A DNA stretch of 57,319 nucleotides, counting the filler, from Sphacelaria rigidula (taxonomy: Eukaryota), in assembly GCA_964200075.2 (NCBI GenBank). It is 8 parts of 8 records of this genome, joined end to end, with 100 filler letters (N's around TTAATTAATTAA, not from the genome) between each part and the next. Parts side by side here need not be neighbours in the genome. Positions count along the whole stretch, not along the records: positions 21,535 to 28,612 come from CAXNAA020016602.1; positions 28,713 to 35,789 come from CAXNAA020016603.1; positions 35,890 to 42,966 come from CAXNAA020016604.1; 5 more parts are not named here. One strand, given 5' to 3'. The notes under the pieces were generated by a model. The model saw nothing but the letters and a program-made list of their open reading frames with translations, was not told the DNA's origin and did not search any database. Below are positions 25,574 to 37,088 of this stretch, piece by piece (the stretch's first letter is position 1; each line of letters starts with the position of its first letter). The translations under genes were made by a program, and so were the position numbers.

Positions 25574-25870
25574 TGCACTCATGATCTTGCACGCCGTAGT
25601 CACAAGACCATTGACCTCGCATTTCTACAAAGCCGGGACGGAGCACGCCGGGTTTTCACCGAACCAAGCCCGCAAGTCCCAAGCGCGAAGCGCCGTGATG
25701 TGTTCGGCGAATCGCGTGACTGGTGAGCTGCATGCGATGAAGATTGTTCAGACCGACGCACACTCGTTATCTCACATATGTATGACAGCCCCCGACGAAT
25801 TGCTTCAGTTTCTGTTATCACCACTTCCGGAGACGGTCCTGACTTACCCTGCCTCATGGGTGTCCCACCG
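25574..25870 (-). mobile_element. ~300-bp SINE-like family B sharing the LINE A 3' module and poly(C) tail; other copies 42544-42873(-), 35560-35789(+), 85-167(-), 21535-21600(-), 33693-33771(+, 5' part), 50244-50296(+), 55300-55392(+)
   Basis: Three long copies start at a similar GG.GAGACACC.TGAGGCAG end and share the body. The 3' end GTGCTCCGTCCCGGCTTTGTAGGGATGCGAGGTCAATGGTCTTATGACTATGGCATGCATGATCATGAGTAC-C(n) aligns with the LINE A tail. No recognisable coding capacity. Confidence 0.75.
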
Positions 25871-26315
25871 TATCAACTTTACAGGTTTTCCACCCCGCAC
25901 AACATGATCCAACTCGACCACCACTTAGGATCACCACAAACGAATGCAAGCGGAAAGAGAAACGGTAGCCTGGTTTCCCCTCTTTCGCGGTGGGTGGTGT
26001 ATTTAACAGCATCCATGCCAAGCGACGCCGGCATTAAGAAGGGCGCAGTTGGGGGGAGGGGGGGAGGGGGGTACCGCAAGCGAATGCGGATTGGAGATCA
26101 TGTCCGGAGTTGGCGCTAGTCATGTACAGGGTGGGATATGATACCATTCCTGCGATGCCCGCGCGTGGGTTCGATGTTTTGGGCTGCTCGCAAACCAAAC
26201 GCTCAGCTGTCGAAACTACGTGTCGTTGGGAATGCGTTTTCTTTTTCGGCGAAGACCTGGACGGCTCCGTTTCTGTACAAACTTGCCCAAATACATATAT
26301 ATATATATAGATATA

Positions 26316-26904
26316 TTTCCTCTGTCCCAAAAGTTTGTGCAGTTATGTTTATACGAGCGCTTAACGGTGTCCGATTTGATTTTCGATTGCATTCGTTGGC
26401 GTTTTTTGAGCTAAGAGCAATACTCTTTCTGCAACATGGGTGCTTGACCCATGCAGCCTCGCGACCGAGAAAAAGTGGGGCGGTCAAAATATGGCCATTT
26501 TTCGCTGTTTTCCCCGGTAAAGCATAGCAGGCCCGGAAATCGCGAAAAATCGTGAAAGAAGTGTCAAAACCGCAAAACCACCACTGATTTGGTTATATCC
26601 GTGACGTTAACCTACGCACGCCCTATCAAACAAATTTTCAGCATTTGATCGCTATTGCTCGACGGGAAAATGTCCAAAATCGGTCAACATTGGGGTATAA
26701 GTGGACCAAAAAGGGCCAAAATGGGGTATATTTTGACCTGGAATTAGCATTGAAAACAAGTTTTATTTTTTTCTCTTTCATTTTTTAGTCAGCTTCATCT
26801 GCGCGTTATCTCTCTAACGCACCCAACTGTAGGATGATCATCAGCGTTGAAAAACCCAAACGATCAAACGCCCATAACTGCACAGACTTATGGGACAGAG
26901 GGAG
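26316..26904. mobile_element. Second member of the Stowaway-like family, with a different interior
   Basis: TIR (T/C)T(T/C)CCTCTGTCCCA.AAGT.TGTGCAGTTATG, TA TSD. About 200 bp of each end is similar to 12213-13108. Confidence 0.85.
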
Positions 26905-28299
26905 TACATAGGAAGGTGGAAAGAGAGAGAAGGATTTAAGCTAATGATGAATTTCTGCTCTCCGGTATGGCTATTATGGCCACTTCCCCTCCGTCGCCGA
27001 CAGTATACGACGTGTAGATCACTGTCTAAACGGACGATACTATCTAAACCGATAATAATATTCGTACAATCGAGATTGCGCCCTGGCCTGGCGCCTACAG
27101 GCGCACCTGCCGATGTGATCGCGATATATTGGTCACGCCGATTTCCAACACATTGCTACACATTAGAAAGTCAATTCCTGCCGATATATTTACGTACTGA
27201 CTATGTTCAAGAGAGCGAACAGTGTCTGAAGCTTCAGCAGGACACAACAGGTTACTCCAACAGCGGACAATCCGAGATCCCCACACTTGCACCTGCCACG
27301 AGAATCCCAGTGTTGAGACTTTGTCCCCGGCCTGAGAGATCACTCCTTCCATTGCTCGACGTACAGCCAGCCCCATCTCTCTCCTGTATGTATTCACCTC
27401 CGCCTGACAAGAATAAGGAAATACGATGGAAGATGATGGTGGATGGGTGGGGAATGGCGGGTGACGGGCAACAAGAAAAGAGGAAATACTTTCCCGCGTA
27501 CGATTGAAACAGAGCGAAAACGGAACGGAACGGAGCGAGAAAGATAGAATATACCGACGTAGAGCTACGTTCTAGGATGTATGTTCCCCGACGGTCTGTG
27601 CCGTTCTTGTCTACTTTTGTCTGTCTGCCCGGTACGACGAGGAAACAATCTGGCTGCTTGCTCGGTTTGATAAGCCACGAATTGTGTACGTGTTCGTCTT
27701 GGGAGATGTATTTTACAACGACGAGAGACAACGCGTCCTGTGACTAACCCCAAAAACTCTCTCTGTCTATATTCTCTCCATATATTGTCACACTCTAAAC
27801 CACTTTTCATCATTCGGGACGAGTCCGTGGTCTCAAGGGACCAAGCCATCTCTCCCCGGTACACGCCTTGCATTGTCATCTCGCGGATTGGGTTATGACT
27901 ATCACCACTTCCTCCCGTACCGCATCAAATCACGTCGACCAAACTCTACCAAGTACTTTTTTTACTCACGTCCTCACGTCCTCACGCCCTCACGCTTTCG
28001 ACGGTAGATATCACCAGGCACTTCCAAAAAAAAAAAAAATGCGTAAGAAACTGACACGTCGCGCGTGTACATGATTCGGCGTAAAAACCGTTCTTCCAAA
28101 GATGCCGTGAGACCTAATGCCATTTCAGCACATGGTCACTCCTGAGCAGCCGGGAGGTTAAGTCGTCGGGCAAGTTACCTAACAAGTGTGCTTAAGTGTT
28201 TTCAGACGGTCGCTCAACGACCGAGAGCTGTATATTTCATTTACCGAACCGTCCCCCGCTGAGAATATGGACGGCGCTTCCGTGTGCCACTTACGAGCG

Positions 28300-28560
28300 A
28301 CTCTTTCTACGAAAGCCCCCGCCAAAAAAGCGGCTGTTTTGGGGAGGCAAAATCTTCACGTAGATCGAAGTGGAAAATGCCGAGCACAACGAGCAGCTGG
28401 GAATTCCCACGCTTGGGTTCGTGCTCGTCAATGTTGCCCACAACAGGCGCTTCATGCGGCCTGAACCCAAACATCGGGCGCTGTATGACCAATTTTTTCG
28501 TGACACTTCCGCGCTGGTTTTTTCGGGGGGGGGGGGGGGTCCGGCGTGGGGGGGGGGGGG
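28300..28560 (+). repeat. Dispersed repeat running into a G tract; second copy ~52555-52795
   Basis: Shared AACGAGCAGCTGGGAATTCC.ACGCTTGGG and GGCGCTTCATGC.GCCTGA..CCAAACATC.GGCGCT. Confidence 0.7.
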
Positions 28561-30103
28561 TGTTTTTACTGTGTTTCAAGTATCGGGGTCGCGGGGGGGG
28601 GGGTGGGGAGAGNNNNNNNNNNNNNNNNNNNNNNNNNNNNNNNNNNNNNNNNNNNNTTAATTAATTAANNNNNNNNNNNNNNNNNNNNNNNNNNNNNNNN
28701 NNNNNNNNNNNNGCCTCTCTTTTTGGACAAGACGCGCGTCCGTGCACTGAAGAACATGTCGTTGAAAAACAGGGCAATGTTCCCGTCACAGGTACTACTG
28801 TACTTTGTCACACACATGCCAGCAAGGGCGGTGCTGCGGCAATAACAGATAGATCCAATTTGAACTTAGGGGGTGTTATTCATCGTTGATTTGCACCGAC
28901 CTCCCCAAGCCGGGCGCGCGAGCAGAAGGGCATGCCACACGCCAGTTGAGGGGGGTGTATGAGAGATCAAACACTTGTAAAGTTTTTTTTGACATGCAAA
29001 GTGAAAAAAAATACCTATGGTGGTACGACACGGGCGAGGAGCTTCCTAGATNNNNNNNNNNTCTCTCTCTGGTGATATCGTCATCGACACGCGTGTACGC
29101 CGCATTCGTTAGGTGCACCTAGGCAGAGTTACCTAACCCTTGGACCGCGGTGCTGGTAGTCCATCTGGACCACGTGTACTTTTTTCAAGTGAAAATTGAC
29201 ACCGATTCAGCAGGTGACCTACTCTCGCGGTCTAACGGTTAACTCCTCCTGCGGAGTTTTGGAGAGGAAGATACTTTCGCTCTGTGCTACTGTTTCGTAT
29301 CTTCCCTGCAATAGAGAAATGCGACTTCAACCTCATTTTTTGTTTCAACTCCAAAAATTCGGATCCGCTGTTTAATGCAGAACGATAATTTTATACTTCG
29401 AGTTCTAAGTTGTTCGGCATTCAGAACAGATTCTTGCGTGGAAATTCGTGTCTTTTTAGCTGTTCGATCCGTAAGTTATGCCACGGAGGACGCACGGGTT
29501 ACCTACGGAGTGGATATAACCGCACCGTAGAAAGCCGCGTTTCACGATTCCAACCGCGCAGCTGTAATCTATGCGGAGCGGAACGTTTTTTTTTTAAATT
29601 GTCACGGAGCGGAGCGGATATCCGTATATCGAAAAGTTCACGGATTATTGCGGAGCGGATGTCCGCCAACGAAAATGTCACGGTGCGGAGCGGATTTTTC
29701 GAGTGTGGTATGGAGCGGATATTGGCCAGTGGGAAAGATCATGGATTGTCACGGAGAGGATATCCGCCCCCTACAAACGCCACGGAGCGGTGATTGACAA
29801 ACCGCACCGTAATAATCCGCTCCCCGGATATATTATTCATCCGTGCACATCCCTGGTTTATTGCGCCTCGGACATCAACATTTCGGCTGCCAGAATCCAG
29901 TTTTTTGTGATGTGTGTTGTACTTGTCAACAACAGCAACCGGTAGGTGGAGGAGTGCAATCATATTCATGAAGGATTGGTAGGGATATGAATATTTCATA
30001 TTTGTTATTTTGGGTTGTTGTCCTCAAATAAAACGCCTTATCCTCGATTTGAAAATCGTCTGTTATTTACAGGTTAGATATACACCGACATATTGAAAGT
30101 CAG

Positions 30104-33100
30104 TGTTATGCGTGAGAGGACCGCGTGCTTAGAGGACCGCATCGGAATCTGAACATCGGTATGGTTGGTGCAATGCGTGAGAGAGGACCGCGTGCTTAGA
30201 GGACCGCATCGGAATCTGAACATCCGTATGGTTAGTGTAATGCGTGAGAGGACGGCGTGCTTAGAGGACCGCGCCGTCGTTCAAATCACCCCAGGATCGA
30301 CGTTTTTCAAACCCAATCGGGCCAGCCCCTGCAGGTACCACGCCCCTGACTCTAACCCTAACACGAACCCTAACCCTAACCATCGGGATGTTCAAAATCC
30401 GATGCGGCCCTCTAAGCGCGCGGTCGTCTCACGCATTACACCTGCATGATATTGTCATGCATATCAATAACAAAGATCAGAGGACGGGGCATCTCGTCGC
30501 CGGAGCAGACCTGGCATCTACTTGTGGGCCGAAAACGCCACACAAAATCCTCACACCCACAGGAACAGATAGTCGCATGCTTTGAATTACAATGATGACA
30601 GCAGTGTAATGCGTGAGAGGACCGCGTGCTTAGAGGACCGCATCGGAATTTGAACACCCCTATGGGTAGGGTTAGGGTTAGAGTTCGTGTTTGGGTTATA
30701 GTCAGGGAGGGGCGTGGTCCCTGCAGGGACTAGCCCGATTGCTTTTGAAGAACGTCGACCCTAAGGTGTTTCGAACTACGATGCGGTCCTCTAAGCACGC
30801 GGTCCTCTCACCCATTGCACAGGCACCGACGGCCAGAGTCTCGGAATACCTCTTGTGTCTAAGCTTTTCACGTGCGCGTGCATATGTTTCAAGTTTGAAA
30901 CGCATTCATGATGAAAAAATGTACAACCTCAATTGACCGTCTCTCACCCGGAAGACAACAATACAAAACTATCGCAACATCAACATATTTGATCTCGCTT
31001 CGGGAACCACGGGACATGGGGTAAAGACGCGTGTAACGTGGTTCATACGTGAAGAAACCATACTTTGTGAAACGTTGTGGACTCCGGTGCTGAGTTGTGG
31101 ACTCCGGTGGTGCTACCTCTAACCATCCTGGAATACTTGCCACCTTCGTTGTTCGTGGCTTCCACAAAATATGGGGCTCCGTCCTCATCCGGTCCCCACC
31201 CGTCGTAGAACCCGAGTTTTGCTTTGGTCTCGAGCCAAGCCTCATCCCCTGAGGAATTACCACAGGGCATGAACACGAGGAAACGTTATCACTTGACCAA
31301 TTAGTGTTCGGGTGGCGAAAGAAATGTTAGGCTTCAGCTGTACTTCGGTTTGACCCTTAGACGACGAGCATCGCCTCGGAGCAGTTGTACAGGCTGACAG
31401 TCTCGAAACATCCGGGGGTTTCCAGGGCTAGGGAGGTGGTTTTTGAAGGGGGGGGGTACTCATTTATTTGTTGCTTGCCTTAGTCGTGTGACCATTGACC
31501 ATGCATTCCTTTCGAGACGGAGCACTTGGGGGGGTGGGGGTGTCTCTCCACAGAGCATCGGAGAAGCTCATGGAGTCAACCATGTGTGTTTGGCAGTTTC
31601 TCGCGGAAAGTTATGAGCTGTGCACGAGACCCGAGTCGCGCGGGATGACCATTCTGATCAATCACGGTCATCGAAATGAGCACTTTTGTTCCGGTAGAGG
31701 TAGAAAGCTGGGAGACACATTCGCCGTCTACCCTCCAATCTCATTTAGATCATGCCAAATCAACCATAGATTATATGCAAACAAAAAACAGGTGTTCGAG
31801 CACCTTCGGTACACTGTCTGTTAAGTATTGGATGAGCGTCCTGCTAGCTCCACACCTCCCCCTGGCATAAAACGTCATGGCGAAACACGCAAGCGGCGGC
31901 CACGAGTGTCCTACGCACGTAGGTATAGACAAGTACTTCAAAGGGGAGGCGACCGCCATTGCCGAGCAGTTGCTCTACGGTAGTCAGGGGCGTTCGCGGC
32001 GGTAGTGTCATGGTGCGATGCCCAAACCCATGCTGCGTACACTCGGCACGTTGTAATGCGTGAGAGGACCGCGTGCTTAGAGGACCGCATCGGTATTTCA
32101 ACATGCTTATGGTTAGGGTTAGGGTTAGGGTTAGTGTTGGGTTAGAGTCAGGGGCATGATACCTGCGGGGACTGACCCGATTAGTTTTGAGAAACGTCGA
32201 TCATGAGATATTTTGAACTACGGCGCGGTCCTCTAAGCACGCGATCCTCTCACGCATTACAGAGATGACTACGGCGAGAGTGAGCTGTACCATTGAGTTC
32301 AGGCAATATCACTCCCCCTTCCTCCTGAGGGAATCGATGTCGCGTGGAGATACATGGTATACTATCGATTTAGATATAGTGCACACCACCTTCATCATAT
32401 TACAGTTTTTGGGGAACGCCGTTAGAATGTCAACCCTTAGACGGCGACCCCCCCGTTGGTAGACTGAGGTAGACACTGTAATGCGTGAGAGGACCGCGTG
32501 CTTAGAGGACCGCGCCGTAGTTCAAAACACCCCAGGATCGACGTTTTTCAAAACCGATCGTGTCAGTGCCTGCAGGTACCACGCCCCTGAGTACAACCCT
32601 AACACTAACCCTGACCCCAACCACAGGGATGTTCAAAGTCCGATGCGGTCCTCTTAGCACGCGGTCCTCTCACGCATTACAGACACTCCACTTTTTGGGT
32701 TCAAAATCATTCCTTTGTCACAACTCAAAACGCCTACTACCCTACGGTGGGAGGGACCGGGAGTGCATAAGAGGCACATGGTTGTGAAAGTCACAACACA
32801 GAAGGTGATGTGGTTGTCGACCACCTGATTATTACGCCTCACATTTTTGCTGTGCAGTCTGTAGTGTATCGTGCCGCAGCTGCACGTGCGGTCTGTAGCG
32901 TACTGAATCTTGCGGTGTTGAACGTTGTAACGCGTGAGAGGACCGCGTGCTTAGAGGACCGCGCCGTAGTTCGAAATACCCCAGGATCGACGTTTTTCAA
33001 AAGCAATCGTGTCAGTGCCTGCAGGTACCACGCCCCTGAGTACAACCCTAACACTAACCCTGACCCTAACCCTAAGCATGGGGATGTTCAAAGTCAGATG

Positions 33101-33959
33101 CGGTCCTCTAAGCACGCGGTCCTCTCACGCATTACAATCTCAATGTTGACGGAGGGAATCAGCGGCTAATGGGTCAAATATACATTGATCATTAACACTT
33201 TCGGTGAGTGCCTCACATTCCTTGGCCTCCTCCATGGTCCGTTGGTGGCTCCCTGTAGGCTCGTCGTGCTTCTCTGCGGGAATGACATTATCCACCTGTT
33301 ACAGGAGCATCATCCAATATCAGCTCGTAATGCGTGAGAGGACCGCGTGCCTAGAGGACCGCGACGTACTTCAAAGCACTTCAGGATCGACGGTTTTTCA
33401 AACTAATCGGGTCGGTCTCTGCAGGTACCACGCCCCTGACCACAACCCAAGCTCTAACCCTAACCCTAACCCGGATCATAGGGATGTTCAAATTACGATG
33501 CGGTCCACGAGGCACGCGGTCCTCCCACGCATTACACCACGCAACCATTCTACCGGGGGGAGGGGGGGGGGGTTCTTGCCTTCTTTCGCGGTAACTGAAC
33601 GGTGGTTGAGCTAGATAATATTGTGCGGGGTGGACAGCCTTGACTCCACGCACACACGAGATGGCGTCACACGTGGTGTAGATAAAGCTAGGCACCCAAG
33701 AGGCAGTTGTAACCCGTGGCTGTCTCTAGAAGTTTCTACACCAGAAAATGAAGCAGACCATTCGAGACTGTTGTAATGGTGAGCGGACCGCGTGCTTTTC
33801 GGAACGCATCGGAATTTAAAACACCCCCGGCCCGACGTTGTGCAAGACCGCTTGGGTCAGTCCCTGAACCGCACCCCTGACCCTAATCCTAACCCTAACC
33901 ATAGGGGTGTTCAAATTCCGATGCGGTCCTCTAAGCACGCGGTTCTCTAACGCATTACA
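30104..33959. repeat. Cluster of the same MITE: end fragments 30104-30168 and 30169-30235; copies 30236-30440(+), 30605-30819(-), 32052-32261(-), 32477-32681(+), 32926-33136(+), 33326-33536(+), 33772-33959
   Basis: Each copy has the 37-bp TIRs, a GGATCGACG...GCAGGTACCACGCCCCTGA core (degraded in the last copy) and CCCTAA-like repeats. Confidence 0.9.
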
Positions 33960-34589
33960 ACGTGTACGGAGGACAATCCGCTCCGCGGAGCGCATTCTTT
34001 TCCCCGAAACCTCACGGAGCGAAGCGGATATCCGCCAGTGTAAAAAATCACGGATTATGACGGAGCGGATATCCGTCAGCGGGAAAAATCACGGATTGTC
34101 ACGTAGCGCATATCCGCCCGCTACTGCACAGATTATTGCGGAGCGGATGTCCGTGGCACGGATTTTTCCACGGAGCACTTCGCCCCCCTCCGTGAAACAA
34201 ACCGCACAAACCGCGGCAATTCCCCACGGTGCACCGTCGCAGTAAAATACGTGAAAGTGATACGGTTATCCGCAACATTTGTATGGACATCTGCGTATAA
34301 ATACCAAAAAGTACGAGATGAGTTGTTTTGCTGGAACTTCCAGCTGCTGGACAGGGGGGAACAGCGGAGTGAATAGCGCACATGTCATGTCGAATTCCTC
34401 GAGATTTTGTTTTTGAGATCAGTGAATATTACATGGCCTCTAAAGCATTGAAATCCATGGTATCAACCGCCCGAGGTCCGCGCACCGCCGCCAAGCTCGA
34501 ATGCGCTTTCTAGCTCGAGGCGTACGCTCGTCTATTCTGTGTGTGAGTGTGTTTGTGTCCCGTGCAAGGGGCGGTTTGCATATTCACAG

Positions 34590-35451
34590 CAGAATTTCAG
34601 AACCGTATCAGTGACGTGCTTATCCAGAACAATATTATTTTCTATACTTCAAATTCCAACTTACCATTCGGAACAAATTTCTACGTGGGATTTCGTGGCT
34701 TTTCAGTGGTTTGGCCTGAGATATGCCACGGAGAACGCACGGATGAAGTACGGAGCACAATTTCAGAACCATATCGGCGAATTGCTTGTACATACAGAAC
34801 GATTGTGTTATACCTCGAGCTCTAAGTTGTTCGGCATTGAGGACAATGTCGTCCGTGGGATTTCGTGGCTCCTCAGCGGTTTGATCTGAGATATGCTACG
34901 GAGAACGCACGGATAAAGTACGGAGTGCAGACTTTCAGAAGCGTATCGGCGAATTGCTTATCCAGAACGATGTTTTTATACTTCGAAATTTACGTTATCC
35001 GGCATTCGAAACTAATTCATCCGTGGGAATCCGTGGCTATTCAGCGATTCGATCCGTAAGTTATGCCACGGAGAACGCACGGATTACCTACGGAGTGGAT
35101 AAAACCGCACCGTAGAAACCGTGTTTCTAGGTTCCCACCGCGCAGCTGTAATATACACGGAGCGGAGCGTTTTTTTTTCAATTGTGACGGAGCGGAGCGG
35201 ATATCCGTACATCGGGAAATTCATAGATTGTTGCGGAGCGGGTATTCGCCAACGAAATGTCACGGGGCGGCGCGGATTTTTCAAATATGGTACGGAGCGG
35301 AGCGGAGCGGAGATCGGCCACTGGGAAAAATCACGGATTGTCACGCAGCGGACATCCGCCCCGTACAAATGCCACGGAGCGGTGCAGATTGACAAATCGC
35401 ACCGTTATAATCCTCTCCCGCGGATATATTTTAAATCCATGCACATCCCTG
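34590..35451. mobile_element. End of a putative hAT-like DNA element with ~170-bp tandem units and CGGAGCGGA subterminal motifs; second copy ~29360-29855, related piece ~33965-34175
   Basis: Both long copies stop at the same GCACATCCCTG terminus (CAGGG end). TATGC.ACGGAGAACGCACGGAT recurs at ~34722, 34892 and 35062. Confidence 0.65.
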
Positions 35452-36148
35452 CTAAACACAGACTTGATGATCAGATGTGTTCCGAAAACTAGGGGATATG
35501 CCAAGGGCGCCCCAAAAAAAAGCTCCGAGACCCTATGCCCCCCCCCCCCCCCCACCCTTGGTTAGACACCAGTGAGGCAGTGTCAAGGCCATGACTGTCT
35601 CTGGAAGTGGCGATACCATAGAATAAAGCAACTCATTATTGGCTGTCATCCAAATTAATAATCAGTAGACTTCGGGCCGAACAATCTTAGCAGGGTGCAG
35701 CTCGCCCTTTATGCGACTCGCCGAACACACCACGGCGAATCGCGCTTGGTGGTTTGAGTGCAAGCCTGGTCTGGCGAAAACCCGGCGTGNNNNNNNNNNN
35801 NNNNNNNNNNNNNNNNNNNNNNNNNNNNNNNNNTTAATTAATTAANNNNNNNNNNNNNNNNNNNNNNNNNNNNNNNNNNNNNNNNNNNNCCCGAAACAGA
35901 ACCACACCAACACCCTGCGTGTACGCCAACCCCCCCATTTTATTTTTAAACCCGCCTAAAAAAAAACACCCCCCCCCCCCCCCCCCCCCTTTCCCCCAGC
36001 CTGCCCCCCGCACACTATATATATGTTGGACGGATTAACCCTTGAGAACACTCTCTTGTCTCTAGGGAGATGAGGAGCCTCCCCCCCCGCCGACCGTGCG
36101 CGCTTCGTGGCTCCATTCTACTACCCCTATTTCGCTACCAAATCTCAC

Positions 36149-36395
36149 CCAGACGATGCTCTTCCTTATCCCCGGGCCCACGGCCACCACGGCGACTCAT
36201 GCCGCCGGTACCGCCGTCGTTGCCAGCCCGAGCTAGCCTGCCCGTCTCTTTTCGCCTTTCGGCTTCTTCCAGAGCGCCGGACAACAAGGCACCGAGGCGT
36301 GCTCTGAGACCGCAAGCCACGGCCAAGAGCTTCTGGCCTGTAAGGGCCGGGTCTAACCCTCTCATCTCCACCACCAGCCAGTGGTCGAATAGCAT
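36149..36395 (-). CDS. DHX34: Third visible exon of the DHX34-like helicase
   Basis: Encodes MLFDHWLVVEMRGLDPALTGQKLLAVACGLRARLGALL, continuing the DHX34 pattern ..DGWLEL......A.RLLAA.L.LRAR. Acceptor cgtAG|ATG is phase 0 and matches the upstream donor. Likely donor G|GTGAGA. The gene is cut off by both contig ends. Confidence 0.75.
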
Positions 36396-36639
36396 CTACG
36401 TATTTTTTTCGGGGACGGCGGGAGAGGGGGGGGGGTAGGTTAAGGCGTTTTGAGCGAGGGAAACGGGCAGCATCAAGGAATCACTTCACGGCATATGCGT
36501 TAGCCAGTAAAGCAAGCACAAGGCGCATTGGAGTGTAGGTACAGAGCGAGTGAAGTCGGAGCGCGCTCCGGCGACAATAAAGATGTACTGTCGCTGGTAT
36601 GAGTACATTTTATGCGTGAAACTTTCTGGGACCATAAGA

Positions 36640-37088
36640 CCATTTCTTTCGGCTCGCATTTTCTGGGGTCGTATTTTCCACTTTTGGGACCTTTGACACG
36701 GATTTTGGCCCCTAAATAGGGATATCGTGGACACTTTGCATCGCCCCACCGAGAGAGGTCTAGCCCACTTCTCAGATTCGCTTGGCTCTGAGGTTTCGAC
36801 AACGGTCTTTGGACAAAAACACGACAGGAAAAAGAAATGCGATGTCTTCAGGACGCGAAAATACCTGCAGACATCGCATTTTTTTCAGCCGTGCTTTTGT
36901 CCAAAGGCCGTTCTCGAAACCTCAGAGCCAGGCGAATCGCATGATTGGGCTAGACTCCTCACGGTGAGGTGATGAAAAGTGTCCGAGACGTGTGATGGCG
37001 ATATTCCCTGTTTGGGGACCAGAAACCGTGCCTAAGGTCTCACTAGTGGAAACTATGACCCCCCAAAAATACGAGCCGGAAGAAACGC
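36640..37088. repeat. ~450-bp imperfect palindrome (foldback element) in a DHX34-like intron
   Basis: Arms pair along their length, e.g. GATTCGCTTGGCTCTGAGGTTTCGACAACGGTCTTTGGACAAAA against TTTTGTCCAAAGGCCGTTCTCGAAACCTCAGAGCCAGGCGAATC. Centre ~36858. Confidence 0.85.

Noticed and set aside
26890-27507. 205-aa ORF
   Set aside because: It starts inside a MITE TIR and has no recognisable domain or splice-supported structure.
30345-30382. True telomere or chromosome end
   Set aside because: The CCCTAA-like tracts are short, degenerate and internal to the MITE.
31124-31248. Possible fourth DHX34 exon (phase-compatible acceptor)
   Set aside because: It lies in a different, unlinked contig and shows no recognisable DHX34 similarity.
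30104-33959. CRISPR array
   Set aside because: The repeats are ~200-bp TIR elements in both orientations, spacers are 160-1200 bp, there are no cas genes, the context is eukaryotic, and a dispersed copy exists at 44560.
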